Made by a program: the position numbers and the translations under genes
The notes under the pieces: generated by a model
Seen by the model: only the letters and a program-made list of their open reading frames with translations
Told to the model about the DNA's origin: nothing
Databases searched by the model: none
NCBI GenBank assembly: GCA_013239625.1
Contig: MU053652.1
Coordinates: 7,369,902 to 7,433,901 of the forward strand
Origin: Lama guanicoe
Lineage: Eukaryota
Direction: 5' to 3'
DNA length: 64,000 nucleotides
In this document: piece by piece, positions 13,780 to 27,239 of the stretch
Position numbering within the stretch: position 1 is the first letter of the stretch
Layout: every line of letters starts with the position of its first letter

Positions 13780-14401
13780 GCTTCTACTCCTTCTTAGTTA
13801 CCTTCTGAAGTGCGTCCACTGACTTCATGAAGTCCACTGCCTGTGCAAGATTTACCAAAGGCACCGTCACGTTCCTGCAGCACCGTCTCCCCATCCACAG
13901 AACTGACGCACCTGTTGCACTTTGGCAGGGCTCCACTTCTTGCTAGGCACCTGATAAGTGAATCACTCTGAAGGGTTACTGTTCTTCCCAGGTTGCATAA
14001 TTTCACCTAAAGAAGGGTTTTGTAAATTGACTGCTTCATTCAAAGAGCTTGGTAGCTGGCATGGTGGTTCTTTTCGTACAAAGAGCCCATTTTCTCTCTT
14101 TCACATACAATCTACTAGCAGTTCCCAAGAGTGCATCCAGACTTTGAGGGTCATCATCCTTATGTCATTTTGAGGTCCTCTTTGGAAAACTCATTCTAAA
14201 TTCTCCTCTAGCAGTGGTGGCTCTTTTCCCATTGGTAGTTTCTGACACTACTCTCCTTTATTTTCGTGAGAAATACCAAGGGGCACTTGATGACACAGTG
14301 GTGGAGGAGTTAAAACACCTGGATTCTAGTCATGGTTCTATCTTGATTTGCAATCTTGGGAAAGCCACTACACATCTATGAGCCTTTATTTCTGCAAAAT
14401 A

Positions 14402-15398
14402 TAGTTGATCCTCATTATTCCTGGATTGTCTATTTGCAAATTTGCCTATTTGCTAACATTTATTTGTAACTCCCAAATCAATACTCATAGCTTAGTCATT
14501 AACAGATGTGTGCAGTGGCAAAGAATTTGAGTCACCCCAAGTACACATTCCCAGCTAAGGCTGAACAAGCAAAACATTGCCTTCTTGTTTTAGCGCTCAG
14601 ATTATAGATGTGTCCTTTTTGCAGCTTAGCCTCATGTTTTTTACATTTTTGTACTTTTTCGTTGGTGACTTTGCTGCTTAAAATAGCCCCCTAAGCATAG
14701 TGCTGGAGGGTGACTAGTGTTCCTAAGCACAAGAAAGCTGTGACGTGCCTTAGACAGCAAATAACGTTGAGTTACATAAACTTCATTCAGGCATGAATCA
14801 TAATGCTGTTGGCCATGAGCTCAATGTTAATGAATCAGTAACACAGTACATCCAGGAAAAGGAAGCTAAAATGTGCTGATCTGTACGTGAGGCCACTCCG
14901 GAAAGTGCTAAACTAACATCTACACTGTGTGATGACGCTAAGGAAAAGACGGAAAGTGATTAAATTTGTGGATTCATGAGATAACAACTGATATTTTAAG
15001 AAAGTACATTAGATAGTGTTTTTGTGAGTCTGAAAGTCAAAGAAATTTATAGTCACATTACTCAGGGTGAGGACAATATTAAACCTTTCTTGGTTAATGT
15101 TTTATTATAAAGAAATAAACTGACCATACTTCAATAAAATATATATATACACATTAAAAAAGAAATACTAAATATAATTATTTTATTTATAAGAAAGATA
15201 TATTAAATAAGTGTCTCTACACATCAATACACCAAAAACAAGGTTATATTTGATAGGTTGATGAAAATGTGACCAGAGGCTCAAAGGAACCTGGACCTTG
15301 TATGACCTGACCTAGGAGCTATGATTAGTATTTGCTAATTCAGTGTTTGTAACAACTTTATAAAATGTAGCTCTCACAAATCAAATATTCAGACTTTG
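14402..15398. mobile_element. TcMar-Tigger non-autonomous element (MER82-like)
   Basis: Starts 'agttgatcctcattattcctggatt...tttgcaaatttgcctatttgctaacatttatttgtaac'; decayed transposase-start-like 'gttcctaagcacaagaaagctgtg'; interrupts a MIR at ~14290-14400. Subfamily uncertain. Confidence 0.7.
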
Positions 15399-15599
15399 TA
15401 GTTATTTTAAGCTGGTGCCCCAAGGACACCTGTAGTTGAGAGAGGAATGAGTGGTTGAGTGGTAGTCTTAAAAGAGGGTTCATGGAGTTCTTGTTTGCCT
15501 TCTGTAATAGCAGTTGTGTGTTTCTATTTTGCATTAAGTTCTTAGCAAAATTTTATTAGATAAAAAGAAGCTGAAGGTTTTTTTTTAATTAAAAATTTA

Positions 15600-16283
15600 T
15601 GGAAATTCCTTAAAAGACTAAAAATAGACTCATCATATGATCCAGCAATCCCACTCCTGGGCATATATCCAGAGGGAATCTTGATTCAAAAAGGTACATA
15701 CTCTCCAAAGTTCGTAGTAGCACTATTTACAATAGCCGAGACATGGAAACAATCTAAATGTCCATCGACAGATGACTGGATAAAGAAGTTGTGGAATATT
15801 TATACAATGGAATACTACTCAGCCATAAAATGTAAGAAAATAATGCCATGTGCAGCAACATAGATGGACCTGGAGATTGTCATTCAAAGTGAAGTAAGCC
15901 AGAAAATGAAAGAAAAAAACACTATATGATATCACTTATATGTGGAATCTGGAAAAAAGACACAAACTAACTTATTTACAAAACAGAAACAGACTCACAG
16001 ACATAGAAAACAAACTTATGGTTACCATGGAGGGAAGAGGGGGTGGAAAGGGATAAATTGGGATCTATATTTATAGATACTAATTAATATATAAAATAGA
16101 TAAACAACAAGTTCATATTGTTTAGCACAGGGAACTATATTCAATATCATTTAGTAACCTATGGTGAAAAAGAATATGAAAACACATATATGTATGTTCA
16201 TGCATGACTGAAGCATTATGCTGTACACCAGAAACTGATACAACATTGTAGACTGACTATACTTCAATAAAAAAAAATACACA
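15600..16283 (+). mobile_element. Young 5'-truncated L1 (ORF2 C-terminus, 3' UTR, polyA) with TSD
   Basis: ORF 15681-15863 'ALFTIAETWKQSKCPSTDDWIKKLWNIYTMEYYSAIK' is the L1 ORF2p C-terminus; AATAAA plus A-tail at ~16266-16277; direct repeat TAAAAATTTA at 15590-15599 and 16284-16293. Confidence 0.95.
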
Positions 16284-17483
16284 TAAAAATTTAAGAACCA
16301 CTGGAATTGAAGATGGTTTAAATATACAAATTCTTAATCCTGACACTGAACTTCAGAATTCTCTTAAGAAAGTTAAAATCTATTTCAGATGATTTGTTGC
16401 TTTCCTATTATGCCTGCAAGATTTTTCTTTTAAGCAATGAACAATTGCTACCTTTAAAAATACTTTTACGTACATAAAAAAATCGAACGTTTCATTGAAT
16501 TAAACACGTCTGGCATGTGAAATTCTCAGCACAGCAAGCTTCTTTCTAATCACCCTGATGGTGATGAGTCAGTGTAGAAGTATTTTAATATCAGCTTTGG
16601 AAGGTATTTGAGTGGCCATCAGGGTGAAATGTATTTACATTTTGCCAAGGAACTCCTAAACGTTAAACCTAAGCCATTAAATTCTATGAGCTCTAACAGC
16701 AAGTTATTCCACTAAATAATAAGAAATACAAATTAATATTGTTGACTAAGTGACTACTGAGTAAAATTTTTGTTTTCTCCTAAAATAGATGACTCATATC
16801 ATCCTGTTTTTCCATTTTTCTTACTTGCCTCTAACTTTTTCTACTTCTCGTTGACATGATTTAGTGAAACCCAGTGGTTAGCTAAAGTTTTACCTTAAGA
16901 GTCAGTTTGAAATATTTTTTAAGTGACATAGGAAATTATGTGTGTGGTTTTATTTTATTTTATTTTTTACAGCTTTTCAAATGGATTATATAACTGTCAA
17001 CTGGCACCAACCCAGCAGTTAATTGCACTGCGTATGATCAGAAGACAATTTAGCCTCTGATTATTTTGGCCATTTGAAGGAACAAACTAGATCAACAATT
17101 AGTGTTGCATGTAGTTACTTGTTTTAATGGTTTCTAATTCTTTGTGGAGAATTCTGTCAAAGATCCTCCATATCTTTGATATATAAATTTCAAAAATTTG
17201 TCCAGGTTCAAAAGTGTCCATCTTATCTCCAGGCAGAATAAACCCTATCCATTATGAGGATAACTCCTATCACCACTTCTGAAACATGGTAGGCATTCAA
17301 CAGAGGCTTTTTGAATGACCAGAGGCAGCAAGTGAATAAGAACATAAACTTACATAGATATTATTATCACAATACAGTAATGTATTTTTTATCTATTGTC
17401 TTTTTCATAAAAATGATCAAGCTTTACTTTTTTTGAACTGAAACACAAACATGTTCTACCTAAACAATACATGAAAGTAACTA

Positions 17484-17726
17484 CAGTTGACCTTTGAACA
17501 ATAGGGGTTTGAACTTCAAGGGTCCACTTACATGCAGATTTTTTTTCAATAATAAAATTTTCACTACAGGATTCTGAGGTTATTGAACCTACAGATTGGG
17601 AGCCACACATATAGAAGAACCACAGTTGCATACAGGGAGGGCTGGCTCTAAGTTGTACAAAGATTTTCCACTGCACACAGGGACACTGCCCTGAATCTCC
17701 CTTCCCTGTTGTTCAGGGATCAACTA
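17484..17726. mobile_element. Tigger2-family MITE
   Basis: TIRs 'cagttgacctttgaacaa' and 'ttgttcagggatcaacta', each flanked by TA. Confidence 0.8.
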
Positions 17727-17834
17727 TATATTTTTATTATAACAACAATTCTGCATTATTTCAGGCTTTCAAATCTGAACTGTGATACATTATGCCCATA
17801 TCAACTAGTTGAAACCTCATAACAACAAAAAAAA

Positions 17835-18440
17835 AAGAGAATCTAGACACAGATCTTATAGCCATCACAAAAATAACTCAAAATGGATCATAGTTCTAAA
17901 TGTAAAAATGCAAAGCTATAAAACTCATAGAAGATAACATAGAAGAAAACCTAAATGACGTTGGGTATGATGGTAGCATTTTTGATATAATACCAAAGGC
18001 TTGATGCATGAACGAGATAATTGATAAGCTACACTTCATTAAAATTAAAAGCATCTACTCTGGAAAGGAAATGCCCCCAAAATTAGAAGACAGCCACAAA
18101 CTAGGGGAAAACATTTGTAAAAGACACACCCTATCAAGGACTGTTACCTAAAATATACAAAGAACTCTTAAGGCTCAATAACAAGAAAGTAAACCCAACT
18201 AAAAAGTGAGCTAAAGACCTTAACAGGCACCTCATCTAAGAAGATACAGAGATTGATCATAAGCATACGAAAACATGTTCCACATCATATGTCATGAGAG
18301 ACATTCAAACTGAGACAATGAGATGCCACTAAATACCTATTAGAGTGACCAAAATCTGAAACACTGACAACACCAAATACTGGTGAGGATGTAAAGCAAC
18401 AGGAACTCTCATACACTGCTGATGCAAAATGGTATGCAAT
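17835..18440 (+). mobile_element. Old L1 ORF2 fragment (L1MC/L1MB-type)
   Basis: 'aaaataactcaaaatggatcatag...ctaaatgtaaaa', 'aaaatatacaaagaactctt', 'aaatactggtgaggatgtaaagcaacaggaactctcatacactgctg'. Confidence 0.85.
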
Positions 18441-18614
18441 TATTCTGTAAAGAAAAAATGCATGCATGTATAAATTCGGCACATTCGTTTCTTTTTTTTT
18501 TTTTTTAAATATTTACAGGTTTGTCTTTTTGCTCCAGAATTTCAGGCATGGATTGTTTCATCTTTGGATCTTAAGTGATCTCTTTTTGTTTTTCTTTGAC
18601 AGAACTGAGAATGA

Positions 18615-18617
18615 AAA

Positions 18618-18656
<39 letters not shown>
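18615..18656 (+). repeat. (AAAT)n microsatellite, about 10 units
   Basis: Directly visible. Confidence 0.95.
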
Positions 18657-18774
18657 GACCTGCAACTATTCAATTTCTTGCATTGACCAAAATGTAGATT
18701 TTATAATTTGACTGATAAACTGTCTTATGAGAATTTTAGCTTTCTCAATCAATGTGGCTGCAATGTCTTAGAAT

Positions 18775-19465
18775 CTCAGTCAGTCACCAGATACTTTATT
18801 AAAGGTCTCTATTTGACAAGCATAGTTCCAGCTGTACACTGGAAATAGTGGTGGATGAGGCCAAGGGTCCTGGTCTTAACAGAGTTTACAGTCTATGAGA
18901 AAGATGAATATTAAACAAATCAATATGTGATGAGGAACATAGGTTTTATAATGGGAGGAACACTTTACTGTAGGGAATTTAGGAAATAATATATAAGCTG
19001 GAGTCTGAGGAATCAGTAGAAGTCATAGGCCAAGCTGGCTGAAGAATGTCAAAGTGAATCAAGCATACAGAGGGCTCAAGGCAGAAGGAAACCTGAAATG
19101 TTGTCTCACTGAGAGAGTTTTGGCAGGTTGGGAGTGGGAGAGATGTGACTGAGTAAAGGCAAAAATGAGTCATGAGGTCTCCTACAGCAGGGAAAGAATG
19201 CTCCATTTAAATGGAAAAGCAATGGGAGTTCCCTGGAAAGGCTGAAGTTGGGAAGTCGTATGATCAGATTATAGTTTCAAAACATTCTGACTTCAGTGAA
19301 GCGCAGAGTGTGGATGGGCAGTGGTGAGCAAAACTGATGTGAGAAGAACGTGATCAGTCTCTAGGAGAAGGATAAGACGAGTGGCCTGGATTGGGGTGTG
19401 ATCAGTGGGGATGGAGGAAGAGCATGGATTTCAGACAAATGTAGGAGATACAGCTGACAAAATTC
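18775..19465 (-). mobile_element. L2 fragment
   Basis: Reverse L2 tail followed by purine-rich 'gcaatgggagttccctggaaagg...tgatcagattatagtttc'. Confidence 0.65.
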
Positions 19466-19469
19466 GGGT

Positions 19470-19740
19470 CAGTGCTGCTCCATAGTAATAGAAAGGGGGC
19501 AATGTGGAAAATTTTAAGTTAAAGGGAAAACGTGAAATTCATTTTAATGATTTATTTCACTTAATCTTATATCCAAATTTTATCATCTCAACATACATCA
19601 ATAAATAAAATAGTAATGATATATTTATACTCTTCAAAATCCAGAGTGTAATTTACACTTATAAGACTTTCAATTTGGACAAGCACACTTCAAGAGTTCT
19701 ACTGTCACATACGGCTAGTGGCTAAATATTTGGAGGAGCT
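19470..19740. mobile_element. MER33/MER3-like hAT-Charlie element
   Basis: 'acttataagactttcaatttggacaagcacacttcaag...cacatacggctagtggcta'. Confidence 0.65.
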
Positions 19741-20519
19741 GTGGGTCAGATCCTGATGCTTGTCTTGGTACATTTAATAATGTTCCATAAACCAGCAGCC
19801 CACTCCAAAAACCTCACTGCATCATTGTAATGATTAAGTGAAATAATGTACATGAAAATGAATGATGTTCAATAAAGGATTATTTAATATGAGAAACTGA
19901 TAGTTGTCCATCTATTTATTATCTTTATGATGCTACAATAACAGGTAATTTATTCAATTCACTGAGGAAAAACATTTAGACCAACTGATTTTTTAAAGTA
20001 AAGATGGAAAATAGAAACAGTTGGTTGCTTACTAGAGATAAATCCTAACGTAGAATCATTGGCATGGATTATATCCTTAGGTAAAGGGTAGGCAATAAAC
20101 AAGTAGGGTGATGAATCCTAAACATATGTTTAAAGTCATTAATAGTGTTCTTTCAGAAAAAGGTGACCTACTGGGGCACAATAAATTGTGACATAATATC
20201 ATTTTTCATGTTCTATACATTTTCATAGACAACTCTTTTAATGCATGTGAATGCGTTAAATCTCTAGTAAACACTAAAGAAAATTCTGTAATGTCTCTGT
20301 GAAATGATTTACTTTAGAAACTGAAATAAGACTTTCTTTTGGTAGAGGTCACAAAGAATGCTCAGGTTGCTTTTGATCATGCGTACCTGGCTGATGAATT
20401 AAGAGTCAACACATCAAACCAATTTTCAAATGCTTTCTCTTTTTTTAACTCTATGGGAATTTTCCCATGGACACATCAGAGGAGAATTTTGCTCAAGGCA
20501 ACTGATTAATCAATCACAT

Positions 20520-20972
20520 GATTCTCTAGACAGCTTCTCTATCGCAGACTAACCTCTGTAGCTGGAGCAGAATAACTGAACTGTGACCAATATACTGAGG
20601 AGATATCTGCCTTTGCCCTTCTAATCTATTTTCAGTACGGTAGATGGTGATTTTTTCAAAACACAATTCCAGTGAAGCCATTTCTCTGCCTAACACATGA
20701 CAATGACTCATCTTACTTAGATTAAGACCGCATCCCTAAGGTGGTCCACATGGCCCTGCACATACACCTACCTCTCCGTATTCATCTTGCACCTTGTCCC
20801 ATACGTATCTGCCCCTCCTTCCTGCTCCTGATCCCACACACATGCCCTTTTCTCTCAGGATTTCAGCCACCCTGGCTTCCTGTGGTTCCTCAGTTATACA
20901 TCAGTTCCTCCTGCCAGGGCCTCTTCATAAACAGCTTCCTATGTTCACAATAGTCTGTTTCTACACACCACC
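20520..20972 (+). mobile_element. L2 fragment, host of the L1 to its right (tail resumes at ~23335-23395)
   Basis: 'gatggtgattttttcaaaacacaattcc', 'cacatggccctgcac...ctgccagggcct'; tail 'gcacagtgcccggacatgatggaaattcagtaattattgaatg'. Confidence 0.6.
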
Positions 20973-20974
20973 CT

Positions 20975-22760
20975 TTGTTTAATTTATTAAAATGTTCATC
21001 TTGTGATAATTTTAGTTTCATATGCAGTTTTAAGAAATAGTACAGACATTCTGTGAATCCTTTATTCAGTTCCCCAGTGATAACATCTTGCAAACTGTAG
21101 CTGAATATCACAACCAGGATATCAACATCTATACAGTCAAGATCCAGAACATTTTCATCATCACACGATCCCTAATGTTGCTCTTTCATAACCTCACTAG
21201 CTTCCTTCCAGCACCCTCCACCCTCTACTAACCTCTGGCGACTACTAATCTGTTCTCCCTTTCTGTAATTTGTGATTTCAAGTATGTTATACAAATGGAA
21301 GCATCAAATATGTACTCTGTTGGGGGTTGGCTTTTTTCACTGGGTATTAATTCTCTGCAGATTCTTCCAGGTTGTTGTAGTGTGTTAATAGTTTAATACT
21401 TTTCACTGCGATGTACCAGTTTTTTTAACCATTCACCTACTGACGGACATCTAGATGTGTTTCGTTTTGTATTATTACAAATAGAGATGCTATAAACATC
21501 TGGGTACCTGTTTTTGTGAATATAAATCTTCATTTCTCCGGGATGATTGTTCAGAAGTGTAATTCCTGGGTCACGTGGTAGTTGCATGTTAAGGTGTTTT
21601 GTTGTTGTTTTTAACCTGCTAAACAGTTCCAGAGTGGCTGTTTTGTCACTAATTTTTATTTTAGTCATTCTGATTAAGTGTGTAATAATATCTCATGTAG
21701 TTTTCATAGCATTTCCTAGTGGCTGATGATGTTGAATAATCTTTCCTGTGCTTATCTGCCATCTGCGTGTCTTCTGTGAAATGTGTGTTGCCCATGTTTT
21801 AATTGGATTGTTTGATTTTCTACTGGTGAGTTTTGAGAGTTCTTTATACATTCTAGACACTTTGTTGTGTATGTGGTTTGATTCTCCTGCTCTGTAGCTT
21901 GTCTTTTCATCTTCTTAACAAGGTCTTGTACACAGTGAAAGTTTTTATTTTTAATGAAGTCCAACTTATTAATTTTTACTTTTATGGATCATGTTTTTGG
22001 TGTCAAGTCTAACAACTCTGGCTAGTCCTGGATACTGAAGATTTTCTCATTTTTTTTTCTCTAAATGTTTAATAGTTTCACATTTTACTTTTAAGTCTTT
22101 TATCCATTCTGAGTTAATTTTGTGTCAGCAGTAAGACTGTGGTCAAGGTTTATTTTATTGCCTATATGTGTCTTATAGCTACAGCAGTAAGTTGAAATAC
22201 CATCTAGCCTCCATTGAATTGCATTTGAACTTTTGTCAAAATATCAGTTGGGGATATTTATGTGCATCTATTTCTGTGTTCTCTGTTCTTTTCCATTGAT
22301 CTATGTGCTTATTTGTCTAATGAAACCACACAGTCTTGATTATTGTAACCATATAAGGCGTGAAATTGGGCAGGTGGGCTAGTCTAAGTTTATTGTTCTT
22401 TTTCAAAATTGTTTTAGCTATTTTAGTTCCTTTGCCTTTTAATACACATTTTGGAATAATCTTGTCTTGATCTACAAAAAAACTTGCTTGGATTTTGACA
22501 GAAACTGCATTATACCTGTATATCAACTTAAGGAAAAGTGACATCTTTATTATGTGGAGCCTTCCGATCCATGAACATCAACGTCTCTTCATTTATTTCT
22601 ATTTTTTATCTCTTTCATCAGTGAGTGTATTTTAAGTATACAAATCTTGTTCATGTTTTGTTAGAGTCACATCTAAAATATTTCGTTTTTAAAAAACAAT
22701 TTTAAAAAGTATTGTATGTGTAATTTCATGGGTCCATATGTTCAATTACTAGCATATATT
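20975..22760 (-). mobile_element. L1MC-type element: 3' UTR plus decayed ORF2
   Basis: Minus-strand ORFs 'KLIYRYNAVSVKIQASFF...KIAKTILKKNNK...IIKTVW' and 'MDFIKNKNF...KMKRQATE' are L1 ORF2p-like. Confidence 0.9.
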
Positions 22761-22779
22761 AATATAACTGCCCATCTAT

Positions 22780-23300
22780 GTTCTTTTAGTGACAAATTCA
22801 GTTTTCTTTCATATGAGAATATGTTGACTTTTTTCTTTATTTATGCCTGTTTTCACTGGGCATAGAATTCTGGGTTGATGTATCTTTTCTTTCAGCACCC
22901 AAGAAATATCATGTTATTTCTTCTGGCTTCTATGGTAGCTGATGAGGAATCTGCTGTTTTTGAATTGTTTTTCCTCTGTAGGTAAGGTGTCTTTCATTCT
23001 GGGTGCATTCACAATTTTTCTTTGCCCTTAGTTTTCAGAAGTTCAATCATGATATGTCTTGGTGTGGGATTCATTGTTTTTTTTCCTGTTTGGAATTCAC
23101 CAGCTTCTTGTATCTGTAGGTTTATGTCTCTTGCCAAATTTAGAAGCCTTCATCCATTATTCCTTTTAGTACTTTTTAGCCCTGACCTCTTGCTCTTCTC
23201 CTTCCTGAACTCTCAAGACATGAATATTAGATATTTTGTTATCATTCCACAGATTTTCAAGGCTCAGTTCATTTTTTTCAGTATATATTCCTCTTCCTTT
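22780..23300 (-). mobile_element. L1 ORF1-region fragment
   Basis: 'catagaattctgggttga', 'ctgatgaggaatctgctg', 'tgatatgtcttggtgtgg' are typical reverse L1M ORF1 sequence. Confidence 0.75.
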
Positions 23301-24324
23301 TTTTGTTTTTGTTTTTTTTTCTTCAGTTTTTGGTGACAGGCACAGTGCCCGGACATGATGGAAATTCAGTAATTATTGAATGGAATTAAATTGATATGCT
23401 TATTAGTACTTAATGGGACTTATATGAGGTTTTCAATGTAACATTATATACCTAGGAAAATGTAAATTAAAAAATCAAAAATTAGAGGGAGAAAGAGTTT
23501 TTCTCAGAGAGTGAAAAGGCTGTTTTGTCAATGGTTCACCCTTGAACTAGAACAGAAGCAGGTTGAACAGAGTAAATACATTTCAAGGAAAGAGTATAAA
23601 TGTTTATTCTATAATAAATGCCACAGAAAGTTACAAGAACAAGTCCATTTGGAAACATAAAAAAGAATGTGAATTGTGTTTAGAGGCCAAAAAGTCTGCT
23701 GAAAAAGTAGATAAAAGAATTCTTGTCAAATGGAATCAATTTCATCTCTTAGAGTCAGGAAAAGGGAACAAGAAAAAGTAGACTTCCAAATACACACTTG
23801 ATACTGGTCATGGGAGAGTTTATAGTCTTTGGCTGATCTTTTCTTTAGCAGGTCAAGTGTGTGTCCTGAGCTTGCAGCACTGACTGTGAAGCGGTGAACC
23901 TTGGCGTGAAGGGTGCCTATTGAATTTTGAACAGTGTAATATACACAGGATAGCAGATGCTTCCACCCCATGAGAAAGCTGTAATTTATGATTGTAAGAC
24001 AGGAAGAGAAAAATCACAGGGAAATCCAGAACACATCTGTCCAGATGTGAGCTGAGATAGAAGACCACCAGTGAATGTGTATAAACGGTGGTAGGTATTT
24101 ATCGAATATACTCTGTGTGCTGGGGACTGCACTGTGAGCTCTACATGTATTGCATCGTTTGACCTATTATGACTGGTGTTTATGTCATGATATTCATGTC
24201 GGGATATAGAAGCTACAACATTCTTGTAGGTTTCCTGCTACTTTCTGTCTTCCCGGGTTGGAAGTGGGGAGTTGTATGTTTGGGCTGGGAGAAGAGATAA
24301 TTTATACTCCACTGCTGTGCTTTC

Positions 24325-24531
24325 TGTTACGGGTAGAACTGTCCCCTTAAAATTCATTTGTTGGAGTCTTCATCCCCTGTACCTCAGAATATGAGCTTAT
24401 TTGGAAATAGGGTCGGTGTAGAGGTAACTAGTTAAGATGAGGTAACACGGGAGTTGGCTAGAACCTAACTTTGGTTGTTTAAGGCACCCACTTCGTGGCA
24501 CTTTGTTCTGGTAGCCCCAGCAATCTAATAT
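24325..24531 (+). mobile_element. MLT1 (ERVL-MaLR) solo LTR, internally deleted
   Basis: 'tgttacgggtagaactgtcccc..aaaattcatttgttggagtc', 'ttatttggaaatagggtc', end 'ctttgttctggtagccccagcaatctaata'. Confidence 0.75.
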
Positions 24532-25034
24532 ACTTTCCCTGGGGCACTGACTTTCATGATTTTGAGGGTTATGTATCCTTTTGAAAATTTAAATAGAACA
24601 AAGGAAGCCCTTTCTCAAAAAATGCAAATAGCCACAATTTCACGAGTTCAAAGATGTTCTGCAGTCCATCTACAGAATCCACCCACTTCCAGGTCAGACT
24701 AAGAACCTTTGTCCTAGAGTCCATGTGACCTCACCAGACCTCTTTCTTAGGCAATGTGTCCTGAACACATGGCCCTGTGCTGAACGTTTCCCATTAAAAG
24801 AACCACTCTTTACTGTGTGACGGCATCTTACAGCAACAGAAGGCAATTCTACCCTTAAGAGCTGGTCCCGTGGAGCTGTGACTCACATCACAGCATTCAT
24901 CTTAGAAATACTGTGGGCCTTGCCACAGTCCCCTGCTAAAATGTACAGCTGCTTTTCTATATCCTTTTTCTTTTCTTAATTAAAACAATCTTTCTCTTGT
25001 AATTGCTCCATGTAATTTATAGGGCGAGTATAGA

Positions 25035-25351
25035 AATAGGCGGGGTGAGCTGTTGCTGTTTTGGTGTGCTTTTGGGAAAGAACTTGAGCTCAAAGGGACT
25101 GCTCTGATTTATATTTAAAACTCCAAATATAATTTTGGGGAGTGTGGGGTAAAAAGCACAGCAAAGAGACTGAGGAAGCGGTTCCTGGAAGGAGAGAAGG
25201 GCTCTTGCAGAGGATATAAGAAGAAGCCAAAAACTCACTTTGCTTCCTTCACGCTCTCTTTGGCACTGCGAGGGTTTGCAAATATTCTGGGTCTCACGTC
25301 GTCTGTTCTGTATGCATGAGGCTGTAAGGCTTTATGAAGAGAAACGTAAGA
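25035..25351 (+). promoter_or_regulatory. Candidate promoter or first exon (motif cluster)
   Basis: GC box GGCGGGG (25039-25045), ETS GAGGAAG (25172), STAT GAS TTCCTGGAA (25182-25190), TATAAG (25215), donor-like AAC|GTAAGA (25345/25346), all in sequence I do not recognise as repeat. Confidence 0.35.
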
Positions 25352-26831
25352 ACCACCTGCCTACCTCCTTCCTGTGTGTGTTTGTAGCTGTGTCTTGCTC
25401 TCTAGGGGAGGGCTTTCCCTTCCTGCTCAAATAAGCCGTATCTCTGTTATTGTGGCGAGAACTCTGCGAAACTGTGTATTCTGTTGTCCTTTTTCTAGCC
25501 ACCAATAGAACTGCCCTTGCCGAGGCTCCATGTCATCCTTGAAGGATGCCTTCTACCTGTGTTTATATAAGTTTTCTCTGTCGTTCACTTTGAGAAAGAG
25601 ATCCTTTATCTTAACGTTGCCAATGCCCCTCATATATTGACTCACACGAGTGAGTCTATGTTGTTCCACTGTCATTACTGTCGTCAAACAAACATTAAAC
25701 ACAGTCTGGCAGATAATCTGGTCCGCACATGGAATGAGATTTCAGAAACCCCACTGCTCCTGACGTTTGCTGTCATGGGATAGAGGGATCGTCATTTAGG
25801 GTCCTTCCTCTCATGCAGCTCTTCCCCAAGACTGGCCTCTCTGTCTGGAGTGATCAATGATTTGTGCCTGTAGAGATCCCGCTCACTTTTAACCATCTAA
25901 TGATGCCCATGCCACCTCCAGGAAGCCCTTGTAGATCTCTCAACTGTATGGGGTTCGGACATTTTATAATTTTCCCCAGTTTATAGTATTATACTCATCA
26001 TGCAACTACCTTATGTCTGCCTATGGCACTGGAAGGTCCAGAGGACAATGCCTGGCCTTCCTCATTTTGTGGTCTTCCTCAGTGCTTCACACAGGATGCT
26101 TTGAACTTTTTTTTCCTGAAGCCTTTCCTACATTAATCAGAATTTGGGCTGACTTTTGAGGTAGAAAGTAGTTTGGCAGGTGCAACTTGAAGAATATAGG
26201 CAAAGGGACATGAAAGGAGATGCCAGTCAATATGATTTACTGAGATCTTACAGAATGCAGTGAAAATGTAGTGGGAATTTATAAGATAGGAAAATAGAGA
26301 CTAAGGAAGGAAGCTGGGATAGGGGACATTTAGAATAAGATAAAGATTGTAAAATATTTAGATTTATATAGCAATTGGCTTTCAAGGAACTTAAGGGAAT
26401 TACAGTGATACAGGCATAGATCAATCTATTTCTATAAATTTTACATCACCAGAAACAACATAAATACCCAAACCAAGTAAGAATTTAGTTATTTGTGGGA
26501 TGAAGATGTGAAGTACTTGGAATTTTGGAAGAAAGAGGGTTGATTAAAGAAGACCACTGGATGACACAAGGAGGGTAGCGAAAACCTTGGTTCTATATTT
26601 TAGCCTTACTCAGTTTAAGGATGCTAGATGGAGGAGAGGAGTATACAATAATGGTAAAAGCTGATCAGATTATGATCTTCTCGGTAAGAAGGCAGATATG
26701 ATGTTAGTATAAATGCAAATTATCAGCCCCTGGCTATAATCTGCTCCGTTACAGAAGTAGCAGCACTGCCCTCCCCAAAACTTGTGTTTTAGATATTCTG
26801 ATAGCGGGAACTATCTCATAGTGGGAACTTT

Positions 26832-26962
26832 TCTTATTGCAGTAAAAACACCTGAAATGAGATCTACTCTTTTAATAAATGTTTAAGTGGACAATACAAT
26901 GTTGCTAACCATAGCCACAGTGTTGTACAGCATATATATGGAACTTAATCATCTTGCGTTAA
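26832..26962 (-). mobile_element. Short L1MA/MB 3' end
   Basis: 'atgagatctactcttttaataaatgtttaagtggacaatacaatgttgctaaccatagccacagtgttgtacagc'. Confidence 0.75.
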
Positions 26963-27239
26963 CTTCTTTTTAAGACGTGCTTCTAGGCTGCTGTAAATCA
27001 AGACAGCCATTTCTTTCCTTAGGTCTCTCACTCTAGCTTCAAAAGAAACTCTGAATAATCCAGGGTGAGTAACCCTAACATAAGGCTGATAGTGTTCTTT
27101 TTCTCTGGGTGCACAAACGTGGGTACAGGAAGTTGTACAAAGGGACAGAAAATTATAGTGAAGGTGGAGGACAGAAATAGCTCAGTGTCATTCTTATCAA
27201 AAACCAACTAACTACGTGTTGGTAAACAGCCCCATGGTG

